Counted from the stretch's first letter, positions 1 to 8,687 are shown. The stretch: DNA of 40,373 bases from a virus (IMGVR_UViG_3300046786_000350:1-40373), one strand, 5' to 3'. Notes: generated by a model from the sequence alone, not told the origin. Made by a program: numbers and translations.

Positions 1-31
1 TCAAATTGTGTTGTCACCAGGGGATTAATAA

Positions 32-1336
32 ATGACTACGCCTTATGAAACACTTTCTAAAGAGGAAGCTAGTTCATTCCTCTTTGGTGGTCAGCCTCAA
101 CAACAAATGGCTCCTCCACAAGCCGCTCCTGTAGAAGCAGCACCTCGTAAAACAAAACCTATTGCTCCTCCTGCAATGGGTACGCCTGTTGCGGGTGAAC
201 TAAATCCTTCAGGCTTGGTGCAACAAGTTACTCAAGCTAACAAGCAAGTTCAAGCTCAAACCCCCGCTCCACAAGCGCCTTCAGTTGTTGGCGCATTGAT
301 GGATCAATTAACTAGTAATTGGCAAATTCCTGCTTTAGGTTTGGGTGCTTTAGCCCTTGGTTATGGTGCTTATAAGTTAGGTCAAGGAACAAAAGAAACT
401 TCAAAAGAAGGTTTGAAATCTAGAGACATAATGAATCGGATTGACCCGACCATGGATGGCACAGACCTGTCCAAACCTACGCCTACTGCTGTGCCTGTTC
501 CTAAAGATGAAGCAAAAACAAAGTTTGCTCAAGACTTTGAAATTAAATATGGTGTGCCTTTGGCTAAAGCTGAAGAAGTTAGTGGTGGAAAGATTACTAA
601 GCAGTGGGAAGCAGACATTGTTGGTAATGCTATCAAGAACCAGTTGCCCATTACTGTAAAGAAGGAAGCACCTGTTATTACAACGACAGCAACAACGCAA
701 CCTGCAACCATGGCAACTCCTGCTGAGATTGCTCCTACTACGGCAGTACAACCTACAGAAGCTCCTGCTCCTAAAGGTTCAAAGAAAGAACCAGTAGTAG
801 CATCATTTAAGACTGCCAAAGATATTCCTGAAGGATTTGTATTCCGTCCTGATGTTGGTAATCTTGACCGGTCTATGTACAACATCCTTGGTCCAGAGCA
901 TCGTCAATATGCCAAAGAGCTTTTGACAGGTGGTCAGATGTTTGGCAATGTAAAAGATGTCAACGCTGAAGTTTCTAAGTTAAGTACTGAGTATTTCCAA
1001 AAACTTCAGTCCCAAATTCCTGAAGCTATTCTTAGTAGAGATGAGCGTAGAGCGCAAGGCATCCCATCTAAGTTTGGCAATTATGGCCTCCAAGGTTTTG
1101 GTAAGGCTGCTAAGGTTGGTGGTGTTGCCGGTACATTGTTTGCCGTGGCTGACCTTGCAAATGCTAAAACTGCTGAACAAAAAGCTACTGCTGGCGCTAA
1201 TTTATTAGGCGCAGTGTTGCCACCAGGCACAGATATTCTTGAAGCTGGCGCACCAACTCTTGGTCAAAAACAGTTGAAAGCTTTTGAAAATGCTCAAAAG
1301 TTAGGCAGTCCTTATCGTGCAATTCCACCGAGGTAA
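32..1336 (+). CDS. Putative internal virion / DNA ejection protein
   Basis: 434 aa, Pro/Ala/Gln-rich with Gly-rich hydrophobic stretches; continues the ejection-protein block at the window end if the genome is circular. Confidence 0.5.
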   Translation: MTTPYETLSKEEASSFLFGGQPQQQMAPPQAAPVEAAPRKTKPIAPPAMGTPVAGELNPSGLVQQVTQANKQVQAQTPAPQAPSVVGALMDQLTSNWQIPALGLGALALGYGAYKLGQGTKETSKEGLKSRDIMNRIDPTMDGTDLSKPTPTAVPVPKDEAKTKFAQDFEIKYGVPLAKAEEVSGGKITKQWEADIVGNAIKNQLPITVKKEAPVITTTATTQPATMATPAEIAPTTAVQPTEAPAPKGSKKEPVVASFKTAKDIPEGFVFRPDVGNLDRSMYNILGPEHRQYAKELLTGGQMFGNVKDVNAEVSKLSTEYFQKLQSQIPEAILSRDERRAQGIPSKFGNYGLQGFGKAAKVGGVAGTLFAVADLANAKTAEQKATAGANLLGAVLPPGTDILEAGAPTLGQKQLKAFENAQKLGSPYRAIPPR

Positions 1337-1338
1337 AT

Positions 1339-1566
1339 ATGTCTGAAGTATCACACGCCCAAATCTATGAGCGCCTGATTGCAGTTGAAAACAAAGTAGA
1401 CAGCATCGATAAAAATACCAGAGGTCTTGTTGACGCTATCCAAGCTGCACAAGGTGCTGTGAAGGTATTGAACTTCATTGCCTCATTTGCAAAACCTTTG
1501 GTGTATTTAGGACTGGCAATTACCGCTGTAGGTATTGCTTGGCAAAACTTTAAATCTCATTTTTGA
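1339..1566 (+). CDS. Small membrane protein (holin/XhlA-like), first gene of lysis cassette
   Basis: N-terminal coiled coil plus C-terminal TM helix; GAGGT RBS. Confidence 0.5.
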   Translation: MSEVSHAQIYERLIAVENKVDSIDKNTRGLVDAIQAAQGAVKVLNFIASFAKPLVYLGLAITAVGIAWQNFKSHF

Positions 1567-1567
1567 G

Positions 1568-1663
1568 ATGAAAGACTCCGTTGTCATCATGGCAGCGGTT
1601 AGTCTTCTTCTACTTGTCCTATGGGCAGTTTATGTAATGGCATGGCATTGGAGTGTTATATAA
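1568..1663 (+). CDS. 31-aa single-TM peptide (MKDSVVIMAAVSLLLLVLWAVYVMAWHWSVI)
   Basis: Translated by hand; fills the gap between flanking genes; not in ORF track. Confidence 0.5.
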   Translation: MKDSVVIMAAVSLLLLVLWAVYVMAWHWSVI

Positions 1664-1677
1664 ACTGAGGACTTGAA

Positions 1678-2178
1678 ATGATTGATCCAATCACCGCACT
1701 AAATGGCCTACAGAGTGCCATTTCGATGGTTAAAAAGGCTAGTAAGGTAGCCAATGATTTAGGTGGTCTTGCCCCGATGATTGGCAAGATGTTTGACGCT
1801 AAGAGTCAAGCAACTAAGGCCATGCTTCAGGCCAAGCGGGAGAAGAAGGGTAGCAACATGGGAGCTGCTCTTCAGATTGAAATGGCTTTGGAACAAGCTA
1901 GAGCGTTTGAAGAAGAGTTGAAAATGCTCTTCATGCAGACTGGCAAGATAGATGTCTGGAATAAGATTAAGGCTCGTCAGGCAGAGATGGATTTGGAAGA
2001 TGCCAAAGAACTTAGCGCACTGAAGAAAGCTGAGAAAGAAGCTAAAGCCAAAGAAGCAGAGATGCAAGAATGGGCAATGATTATTGGCGGGACATTCTTT
2101 GTTTTGTTTTTAATCTTTGTTGGTGTAAATGAGTTAATGGATTTTTGTCAAACTACTCGCAGGTGTGGTGGCAGATGA
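1678..2178 (+). CDS. Coiled-coil protein with C-terminal TM anchor
   Basis: GAGG RBS; helical, charged body; TM WAMIIGGTFFVLFLIFVGV. Confidence 0.7.
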   Translation: MIDPITALNGLQSAISMVKKASKVANDLGGLAPMIGKMFDAKSQATKAMLQAKREKKGSNMGAALQIEMALEQARAFEEELKMLFMQTGKIDVWNKIKARQAEMDLEDAKELSALKKAEKEAKAKEAEMQEWAMIIGGTFFVLFLIFVGVNELMDFCQTTRRCGGR

Positions 2179-2324
2179 ACGAGTACCAGAAGCAGTTCAA
2201 TCTGTTTTGCAAAGTGTTTTGCTATGGTTGCGCTGCTTGGTGGTTTGTTGGGTTTCTGAGGTTCTTACCCAATGATTTGTCTGACAAAATAGTAAAGCTA
2301 TTGCTTGGAAAGGTTGGGTTATGA
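2175..2324 (+). CDS. 49-aa membrane peptide (MNEYQKQFNLFCKVFCYGCAAWWFVGFL...)
   Basis: Translated by hand; ATGA overlaps with both neighbours. Confidence 0.6.
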   Translation: MNEYQKQFNLFCKVFCYGCAAWWFVGFLRFLPNDLSDKIVKLLLGKVGL

Positions 2325-2518
2325 AGTATCTGGTGCTTCTACTGCTATTGACGGGGTGTAAGGATGTCTACAGGTATCCTTGCCAGAATCCTGATAACTT
2401 TTACAAGCCTGAGTGTCAGAAGCCTAAATGCCTGTTTACTCAGATGTGCCCTGAATATCTTGTAGCACCCATCTTGGAGAAGAAAATTGAGCCAGAACCC
2501 AAAGTTGACACCAAGTGA
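2321..2518 (+). CDS. Cys-rich lipoprotein
   Basis: Signal peptide II with lipobox LLTGC; four further Cys. Confidence 0.7.
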   Translation: MKYLVLLLLLTGCKDVYRYPCQNPDNFYKPECQKPKCLFTQMCPEYLVAPILEKKIEPEPKVDTK

Positions 2519-2990
2519 TATTGAGGTAAGGGTATGGGGATTTGTGGTCATTGTGGTGACCCTTATCCTCTGTTTCATTGTTGTTGCATTGCTTTACTCG
2601 GTGACCTTTGTTACTCAGCCTATTAAGTCAATGGCTCCGATTGACCAGGCATACACCAAGATGTTGAACGACATTGTGTTGCTCATCGTGGGTGGCATTG
2701 GTGGTGTGATGACTAAACGTGTGGTGAGTTCTGCTACCAACGCACTGACACCGCCTACACAAACATATCAATCAGGTGGCAACGCAGGTTCATGCCCACA
2801 AGTACAAGCTTTTTCCGGTGCATCACCAGTAGTTGCTGGTCAACCATTTGGACAGATGCCTGTTTGGGTAAACCCCGCTTTGGACGAGTCTTGGACACCT
2901 GGTCCACCGCCTGTGACGGATGCCGATCACTTACACCCTGAACGTGAGGATATTGCAATGGAGCGGGCAAATGCACGGAGTGAGACATGA
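2487..2990 (+). CDS. Two-TM membrane protein, holin candidate
   Basis: Two hydrophobic helices and a Pro-rich tail; lies in lysis cassette. Confidence 0.55.
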   Translation: MSQNPKLTPSDIEVRVWGFVVIVVTLILCFIVVALLYSVTFVTQPIKSMAPIDQAYTKMLNDIVLLIVGGIGGVMTKRVVSSATNALTPPTQTYQSGGNAGSCPQVQAFSGASPVVAGQPFGQMPVWVNPALDESWTPGPPPVTDADHLHPEREDIAMERANARSET

Positions 2991-3454
2991 GCTTACTAAA
3001 TCCCTATGTAATCCTAGGCGCTCTTGTTACTGCAATAAGTGTCTATTTCTATGGGCATCATGTCGGGTGGGATGATCGTGATGCGGAGATGCAATCTGAG
3101 ATAGCTCTAAAGAATGAGCAGTCTCGTGCTATTGAACAAAAGCTAAATCAGCAGATTAACGAAACATCAACCAAACTGCAAGAGGCCAACAATGCTGTCA
3201 CTAAGAAACAAACTGACATTAATGCTCTCATTCGTGCTGGCAGGGTGCGCCTCCCCTCCTCCGGTTGTGTACAAACCACCGCAAGTGCCACCCCTTCCAC
3301 CGGAGATAGCAAAGAAGCGGGAAGCGAATCTGACAGAGCAACTCTTGAAGCTATTGCAGCAATCGCAGCCGAAGGAGACAGGGCAATCAATCAACTCAAC
3401 GCCTGTATCGACTCCTACAACCAAGTAAGGGAACAGTTGAATGGTAAACAGTGA
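2987..3454 (+). CDS. Rz: Rz-like inner-membrane spanin
   Basis: N-terminal TM, coiled coil, C-terminal 'GDRAINQLNACIDSY'; contains an embedded lipoprotein gene. Confidence 0.85.
   Translation: MSLLNPYVILGALVTAISVYFYGHHVGWDDRDAEMQSEIALKNEQSRAIEQKLNQQINETSTKLQEANNAVTKKQTDINALIRAGRVRLPSSGCVQTTASATPSTGDSKEAGSESDRATLEAIAAIAAEGDRAINQLNACIDSYNQVREQLNGKQ
3192..3428 (+). CDS. Rz1: Rz1-like outer-membrane spanin embedded in Rz (+1 frame)
   Basis: Lipobox VLAGC followed by Pro-rich segment; wholly nested in Rz as in lambda. Confidence 0.8.
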   Translation: MLSLRNKLTLMLSFVLAGCASPPPVVYKPPQVPPLPPEIAKKREANLTEQLLKLLQQSQPKETGQSINSTPVSTPTTK

Positions 3455-4037
3455 ACAACTTGCCAAGCTCCACATAGGTCCTGAATGGGTGGATGCATTG
3501 AATGAAACATTTCAAAGGTTTGGCATTAACACACCTAGACAACGTGCCGGATTTATTGGGCAGTGTGGGCATGAGTGTGGTCAGTTTAAAGTCTTGGAAG
3601 AGAACTTGAACTATCGTGCAGAGGCTTTGCAGAAGTTATGGCCTAAACGATTTGATGCCGCCAAAGCACAGGCTTGTGCCCGTAATCCTAAGTTGATCGC
3701 CAATACTGTTTACAGTGGTCGTATGGGAAACAGGGATGAAGCTTCAGGGGATGGCTATCGTTTTAGAGGGCGGGGGTGCATCCAGTTGACTGGATCAGAT
3801 AACTATTTCCATGCAGGAAAAGCTTTAGGTGTGGATTTCTGGGCTAACCCTGATTTGGTTTCTACGCCCAAATATGCTGCTTTAACTGCGGGGTGGTTTT
3901 GGTCTACTCACAACTGCAATGATTTGGCTGAGAGTGCTAATTGGACTGCACTGACCAAAAAAATTAATGGGGGCACGATTGGTCTGGATGACAGAATCAA
4001 ACATATCAATCATGCCCTAGAGGTCCTCAATTCTTAA
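3441..4037 (+). CDS. Endolysin, glycoside hydrolase family 19 (chitinase-like)
   Basis: 'FIGQCGHEC', 'ENLNY', 'GDGYRFRGRGCIQLTG', 'TKKINGG' motifs. Confidence 0.92.
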   Translation: MVNSEQLAKLHIGPEWVDALNETFQRFGINTPRQRAGFIGQCGHECGQFKVLEENLNYRAEALQKLWPKRFDAAKAQACARNPKLIANTVYSGRMGNRDEASGDGYRFRGRGCIQLTGSDNYFHAGKALGVDFWANPDLVSTPKYAALTAGWFWSTHNCNDLAESANWTALTKKINGGTIGLDDRIKHINHALEVLNS

Positions 4038-4329
4038 CGAATATGCCTTCAGGGGTTAGGTATCCCTTGCGGTCCTTGATCTCGTTATAAGCGTCTTTAA
4101 AGCAAGTAACTAGGTCTAGGTCTGCACAGGCACAACCCATCACCAAAGTGACCAAAATGTCGCCATAGGCATCTATCATGGCTGCTCTGTCATCTTTAGA
4201 GATGGCCTCGAACAACTCGTCTAACTCTTCTTTGGTCTTCAAAGCTTGAGCATAGGGGGTGGAGTTCTGGACAATGCCACGAGCTTCTCCCCACTGCACA
4301 ACCTTCATTTCTACATCTGCATAGCTCAT
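4027..4329 (-). CDS. MazG-like NTP pyrophosphohydrolase
   Basis: 'KTKEELDEL...DAYGDILVTL...AYNEIKDRKG' signature. Confidence 0.85.
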   Translation of the reverse strand: MSYADVEMKVVQWGEARGIVQNSTPYAQALKTKEELDELFEAISKDDRAAMIDAYGDILVTLVMGCACADLDLVTCFKDAYNEIKDRKGYLTPEGIFVKN

Positions 4330-4442
4330 TTATTTTTTTCCTTTAAATACGATTCCAGTGCGTTATTGAATACAAGAAAAATTACATCAAATAATGGTCT
4401 TGTAATCAAACCAACTACAAATGTGGCAATCAATTCAATCAT
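4326..4442 (-). CDS. 38-aa hydrophobic peptide
   Basis: Translated by hand (MIELIATFVVGLITRPLF...); ATGA overlaps on both sides. Confidence 0.5.
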   Translation of the reverse strand: MIELIATFVVGLITRPLFDVIFLVFNNALESYLKEKNK

Positions 4443-4720
4443 GTGTTCTTATACTTGAGTTTTGCCTCAACACTTAACATTATTTCTTTTTCTGTTTTGT
4501 TACTTATATAAATCCAATTTCTTTCATCATCCGTCAGACCTACCCATTCACGCTTCTGTTTATCAAGCATCCATTGCATAGCCTCAATAACTTTTTTTGC
4601 CGTTTCAGTCACATCAACATCTTCAGCAACTTCAATGCGCCTATCTGCCGTAATACGCATTACCCAATTTTCTTTTAAGGTATTACTAGATGTTTGAAAT
4701 TCAATATTGTTAGGTTTCAT
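4439..4720 (-). CDS. Hypothetical phage protein
   Basis: 'REWVGLTDDE' module typical of mosaic betaproteobacterial phage early proteins. Confidence 0.7.
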   Translation of the reverse strand: MKPNNIEFQTSSNTLKENWVMRITADRRIEVAEDVDVTETAKKVIEAMQWMLDKQKREWVGLTDDERNWIYISNKTEKEIMLSVEAKLKYKNT

Positions 4721-5106
4721 GCTTTCTCCTTAATGCCATGCGCGGATTCGATGGCTCTAGCAAAATCTATATAAGCACCTGCAGGCCAATCAATTTCTTG
4801 TGCAAGTTCAATAATCGAATCAATCATCAGCGGCTTGCGCTGTGGTGGGGTGGTGTAGAGAGGGATAACCTTGGCATTCCCAAATTTGTCCGCATTAATT
4901 TGGTTATCAGCAATGTGTATCCATTCACCTCCGTCGCGTTCATCAAACCAAAACCACGCCACAGGCTCATCCTTCGCTTCTAGTGCGGCTTTAAGACGCT
5001 CAATATCCATGCGATAGCCTTTGCTTACACCTCCAAGTGTGTCAATGTAATTTGATGCCGCTGTCAGTTTTTCTAAAGCCATTTCAAGTAATTCTGTTTT
5101 GTTCAT
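4717..5106 (-). CDS. Mosaic early protein (EPVAW / PLYTTPP / FARAIE modules)
   Basis: Recognisable DUF551/Eaa-like modules. Confidence 0.7.
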   Translation of the reverse strand: MNKTELLEMALEKLTAASNYIDTLGGVSKGYRMDIERLKAALEAKDEPVAWFWFDERDGGEWIHIADNQINADKFGNAKVIPLYTTPPQRKPLMIDSIIELAQEIDWPAGAYIDFARAIESAHGIKEKA

Positions 5107-5632
5107 TTTTTTTCATCCTATATTTATTTGATGCCGCTTTTTGACACTCTTTACAATATCGCTTCCCAGATTTTTGATAACCTGTGTTGTTTTCATCAAA
5201 TGGATGACCTGTTTTGCAATGTGTTTTTTTGCTGTTGATTGCGGTTATTCCAACACCACGCAAACAATTTTCTTTATGTGTTACAGGCTCAAGATGATGT
5301 GGATTAACACAAGCAGGATTCCTACACAAATGGTCTAGGCTTAATCCATGTGGTATTGGCCCATTTGTCGCTTCCCAAACAAGTCGATGCGCAGATATGT
5401 TTTTGCCCAACTTCTTTTTTGTTCCAAGTTGACCATAACCCATTCCAGTTATGTAGCCAGGCCATTTGTAACATGGGTAATCAGACCACTTTTTATCCAA
5501 GCAATCTTTAATGGCGGTAATGGCTTTATCTTCAAGATCAGGCTGATATTTAGTTCCGCCCTCTGCATTACGAACACGCTTTCCATTTTTCAGCGCCTCC
5601 AATGCAAGGCGTAATGCGTCATCCTTAGACAT
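5084..5632 (-). CDS. HNH homing endonuclease fused to an N-terminal early-protein fragment
   Basis: 'AHRLVWE...DHLCRNPACVNPHHLEPVTHKEN' and 'KTHCKTGH...CKEC' zinc motif. Confidence 0.88.
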   Translation of the reverse strand: MSKDDALRLALEALKNGKRVRNAEGGTKYQPDLEDKAITAIKDCLDKKWSDYPCYKWPGYITGMGYGQLGTKKKLGKNISAHRLVWEATNGPIPHGLSLDHLCRNPACVNPHHLEPVTHKENCLRGVGITAINSKKTHCKTGHPFDENNTGYQKSGKRYCKECQKAASNKYRMKKNEQNRIT

Positions 5633-5841
5633 TAAAAGTCCTCTAAAAATGGATCACCAAAACTAGAACCTATTCCAGTTCTGGTATTAAATAGGTGGTC
5701 ACCTTGCTTGATGATGAGGTCGCCATCGCTACCGATGTAGTTGTCGCCAACCTTGTTAAACACATCACCATTCTCTGCAATGACCATGGTGTCGGTCTTG
5801 GTGTAGACCTTGCCTGAAAAGAGATCAATGATTGATTTCAT
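5632..5841 (-). CDS. Hypothetical beta-rich protein
   Basis: Translationally coupled to both neighbours. Confidence 0.65.
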   Translation of the reverse strand: MKSIIDLFSGKVYTKTDTMVIAENGDVFNKVGDNYIGSDGDLIIKQGDHLFNTRTGIGSSFGDPFLEDF

Positions 5842-6128
5842 ACTATTCTCCAGATAGTCATCTTGCGACCATTAGGACCCTTCACACGCTCACCAGAGTC
5901 CTCGATTAAACCTTTGTCTACCAATGTAGAGCGTCTGGCTCTGTAGGTTGATTTGTGGGTTTGGAAATGCTCATTCATTTGATCGTCTGTGAATCCTTGT
6001 TTGCCACGCATGGTGGCATATTCAAAGACCAGGCTCTCAATATTTGGCAGGGTGGGGGCTATGCTTTCAGCAGCTTCTATTGAAGTGTCTTTGGCATTCT
6101 TGCGAAACAGTTTAAATAAATCAATCAT
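5838..6128 (-). CDS. Winged-helix DNA-binding protein
   Basis: 'TSIEAA...GFTDDQM...TYRARRSTLVDKGLIEDSG...W' pattern; AGGAG RBS. Confidence 0.7.
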   Translation of the reverse strand: MIDLFKLFRKNAKDTSIEAAESIAPTLPNIESLVFEYATMRGKQGFTDDQMNEHFQTHKSTYRARRSTLVDKGLIEDSGERVKGPNGRKMTIWRIV

Positions 6129-6147
6129 TACTTTCTCCTAGGGGGGT

Positions 6148-6209
6148 GAGGGTACTCGCTGCGTCTATGTTCGTCCGGCATTACTGCCCATAGCATCCGC
6201 TTTCCCCTC
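6148..6209 (-). ncRNA. Candidate structured RNA with loop-E motif and GNRA hairpin, downstream of ssb
   Basis: Minus strand GAGGG/CCCTC stem, GAA/AGTA internal loop, CTATG/CATAG stem, GGCA-GTAA-TGCC hairpin. Confidence 0.55.
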
Positions 6210-6215
6210 GTTTAA

Positions 6216-6479
6216 TTAAAAGGGTGCATCGTCATCAAAATCTCTGCTACTCCTGCGAGTGGGGGCAGAACTTGGTCGGGCAGGTTTCTCACCATCGAAT
6301 GGCTCACGAGCATTGATCCAACCATCCCAAGAACCAACAGGCATTGTGTCCATCTTTACTGAGATATTACCCTCGTCATTGATGAACACTGATCCACACT
6401 TGGAATAGCGTTTTTTCATGTCACCAGTCTTTGGGTCTTTGTATTCACCCACTGTTGCAATTGCGTCTAAGCGTTTCAT
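6216..6479 (-). CDS. ssb: Phage single-stranded DNA-binding protein
   Basis: Short OB-like body, acidic tail DFDDDAPF, adjacent to SSAP. Confidence 0.8.
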   Translation of the reverse strand: MKRLDAIATVGEYKDPKTGDMKKRYSKCGSVFINDEGNISVKMDTMPVGSWDGWINAREPFDGEKPARPSSAPTRRSSRDFDDDAPF

Positions 6480-7078
6480 GTACTTTCCTTCAGTTTTTCT
6501 TTATAGGCTTTAATAGCCGACCTTACCTTACTATCGGGCTTGAGCGTATCCCAAACCCGAATGCGAACTTCGTTATCCGTAATGGATTCCCATTCGCCAT
6601 ACATACCAGGCTCATCACCTGATTCGTATCTCTCTTTGATGGCAGCCACCACAGTGTCCACCAATCCTGTATCAAGCTCTGGCAGGTCTTCACCCGCATA
6701 GATGTATAAGCCAAGACCATGGAGGCTCAAAGCTTTGGTCATGCATCGCATGATGGCGGTGTTTACTGCAAACGCATCAGGGTTCGTTATGGCCTTGTTG
6801 CGGTGATCCATGACAGGCAGTTGGCAGGTCATTGGTTTGCCAAACAAGGTCACTGTCACCCAGACCATGTAAGTGCCATTGATGTCTGTATAGCACTTGT
6901 CGCCAAACATCATCACTTGGAAGTGTGCTTGTTCATCAGCCTTGATAGCTTCTGCCCATGCCCATGCCCATGACAAGTATGTCAGGTTGCCTTTTTTTTC
7001 TGTATGCTCGTTTACGTTCAGAGCAAGTAAATCTTTTACTGTCATGTTATACCTTGTGGTTGCCAAATGCATTGTCAT
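6476..7078 (-). CDS. Single-strand annealing protein, Sak3/DUF1071 (Rad52-like)
   Basis: 'EKKGNLTYLSWAWAW', 'LPVMDHRN', 'RCMTKALSLHGLGLYIYAGED'. Confidence 0.88.
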   Translation of the reverse strand: MTMHLATTRYNMTVKDLLALNVNEHTEKKGNLTYLSWAWAWAEAIKADEQAHFQVMMFGDKCYTDINGTYMVWVTVTLFGKPMTCQLPVMDHRNKAITNPDAFAVNTAIMRCMTKALSLHGLGLYIYAGEDLPELDTGLVDTVVAAIKERYESGDEPGMYGEWESITDNEVRIRVWDTLKPDSKVRSAIKAYKEKLKEST

Positions 7079-7283
7079 ATTCTTCCTTGATGATTTCTAA
7101 CTGGGTATCGTCATCAAGGTCTTTGAAATCTACCCAATCCATTTCACCGCAGCAGACAAACTTTTTGCCCTTGGGGGTGACGCAATATGGGCAGTATTGC
7201 TCGTGAGCGTATTGCTCTTTGTATTCGATGATGTAGTTATTCACAATATCACCCTGCCTATCAATTAGCTCGTGGAGTTTCAA
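7047..7283 (-). CDS. Small Zn-binding protein
   Basis: CPYC...CC motif; start codon uncertain. Confidence 0.6.
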   Translation of the reverse strand: MKLHELIDRQGDIVNNYIIEYKEQYAHEQYCPYCVTPKGKKFVCCGEMDWVDFKDLDDDTQLEIIKEEYDNAFGNHKV

Positions 7284-7431
7284 GGCGTTCTACTTTCTTA
7301 GCCAACAACCAGTTGTCGCCAAGATAACGCACAGAGCGAATCCATTGACGTTGGTAGCTACGAATTGTTTGTGGGGGGGCTTGGTATGTCTGAAACAAAT
7401 TACGGACATATTTGAGGGCTTGTGTGTTCAT
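7261..7431 (-). CDS. 56-aa hypothetical protein (MNTQALKYVR...QWIRSVRYLGDNWLLA)
   Basis: Translated by hand; AGGAGAAAGTAA RBS. Confidence 0.7.
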   Translation of the reverse strand: MNTQALKYVRNLFQTYQAPPQTIRSYQRQWIRSVRYLGDNWLLAKKVERLETPRAN

Positions 7432-7443
7432 GTTACTTTCTCC

Positions 7444-7608
7444 TTATGACAAGATTTTAATTTCTGCATCATCACTGTCGGCAGTGACTATGATTGTGAA
7501 GTTACCATCTTTGGTTCTAATGATGATTTCTCGGAATATTGATGAAGTGGTTTCTTTGATTTGACCAAGTTCAATATCAATTACTTTTGTGATGTCAATG
7601 TGCATCAT
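7444..7608 (-). CDS. 54-aa hypothetical protein (MMHIDITKVIDIEL...)
   Basis: Translated by hand; AGGAGAAAGTAA RBS. Confidence 0.65.
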   Translation of the reverse strand: MMHIDITKVIDIELGQIKETTSSIFREIIIRTKDGNFTIIVTADSDDAEIKILS

Positions 7609-7620
7609 GTTACTTTCTCC

Positions 7621-7821
7621 TTAATGTAATGAATCGTATGCTTTCTCGTGAAGGATGTCGCCATTCTGATCGGCTAGTTTGTCTAGTTCCTGATCAGTGA
7701 GTGGTGTGCCATCCTCGTAGCAAGCGTAACTGAAATACGCATCGCTGAAATCGGGGAAATCCCGAGGATCGACACCATCTACTTCAATGTCGATTACTTT
7801 TCTGCCGTTTAGTGTTGCCAT
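7621..7821 (-). CDS. Acidic hypothetical phage protein, first gene of leftward arm
   Basis: 'IEVDGVDPRDFPDFSDAY' motif; strong RBS. Confidence 0.75.
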   Translation of the reverse strand: MATLNGRKVIDIEVDGVDPRDFPDFSDAYFSYACYEDGTPLTDQELDKLADQNGDILHEKAYDSLH

Positions 7822-7844
7822 TACTTTCTCCTTAAAGAGCCTTT

Positions 7845-7917
7845 AATGTGCCATGGGTTAAAAACAATTAGTATTAGGATTTACCCTAATAGACAATAGA
7901 TTTGTTTTTGATAGGCT
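7845..7917. promoter_or_regulatory. Divergent promoters sharing a central palindromic operator
   Basis: TATTAGG-ATTTAC-CCTAATA (7872-7891); TG-extended -10-like boxes CACATT (minus, 7845-7850) and TAGGCT (plus, 7912-7917) placed symmetrically. Confidence 0.6.
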
Positions 7918-7923
7918 TACCGC

Positions 7924-8103
7924 ATGAACATCGAACAATCTGAACAAGACTGCGCAGAAGCTTTACTAGCTTACGCATACAACTTAGTTATAACTTACAA
8001 CCAACACCCTGGTGACAGAGATGCTGCCATGGTTGGTTTAATAGCCAGAGCATTGGAGATTCATGTTGAACGCCCAATAAGTATTTCAGGAATGTACCAA
8101 TGA
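7924..8103 (+). CDS. 59-aa hypothetical protein, possibly leaderless
   Basis: Translated by hand (MNIEQSEQDCAEALLAYAY...); ATG 6 nt after the -10 box, no SD. Confidence 0.6.
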   Translation: MNIEQSEQDCAEALLAYAYNLVITYNQHPGDRDAAMVGLIARALEIHVERPISISGMYQ

Positions 8104-8309
8104 AGACTGCCGACAAGTTTGATCCTGCTATCCAATGTGAGGGCAAGCACCCTTTCCCTACTTTTACTGTTGCTGAAGCGACTATCAGTAAAAAAAGAGA
8201 TGGGTCATTTCAAATCTATAAATGTCCGCATTGTGCGTTTTTTCACATTGGACATTCGACAACAAAATTTAGAAATCTAAAGAGAGGACCAAAGAATGGA
8301 CAACTTTGA
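8100..8309 (+). CDS. Small Zn-finger protein
   Basis: 'CEGK...YKCPHCAFFHIGH'. Confidence 0.7.
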   Translation: MKTADKFDPAIQCEGKHPFPTFTVAEATISKKRDGSFQIYKCPHCAFFHIGHSTTKFRNLKRGPKNGQL

Positions 8310-8673
8310 ACAGTTTTGGTTAGCATGGCCTAAATCGTTTCGCAAGGGTGGAAAATCTAAATGTGCTGAACGATGGAAAAAAGGTCTGTATGACCATTGT
8401 GCAGATCAAATCATTAAGCACGTTACATGGATGAAAACTACAACAGACTGGCGCAAAGACAATGGCGCTTTTATTCCTGCCCCTATTGTTTATTTGAACC
8501 AACAAAGATGGGATGGCGCAGATATTCCTGAGAACTTTGGTTTTCAAGAAAAACAAGCAATTGACCCTGCTTTGGTAAAAATTGAAGCTGATCGCAAAAA
8601 AGCAACACCAATGCCAGAGGCAATTAGAAAAAAATTAGCAGAATTACGAAAACCTATTGACTTGTTTCAATAA
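8296..8673 (+). CDS. Replication initiator-like protein, C-terminal domain only
   Basis: 'FEQFWLAWP...K..K....W...FIPAPIVYLNQQRWD' resembles the conserved C-terminal domain of phage replisome organisers; no N-terminal HTH. Confidence 0.7.
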   Translation: MDNFEQFWLAWPKSFRKGGKSKCAERWKKGLYDHCADQIIKHVTWMKTTTDWRKDNGAFIPAPIVYLNQQRWDGADIPENFGFQEKQAIDPALVKIEADRKKATPMPEAIRKKLAELRKPIDLFQ

Positions 8674-8687
8674 GTTTCAGGTAGAAT
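8657..8687 (+). promoter_or_regulatory. Putative sigma70 promoter for RNA locus
   Basis: TTGACT-N19-TAGAAT; spacer longer than optimal. Confidence 0.45.

Noticed and set aside
7822-8103. Lambda-like cI/cro switch and lysogeny module
   Set aside because: Neither flanking gene has an HTH, and no integrase is visible in the window
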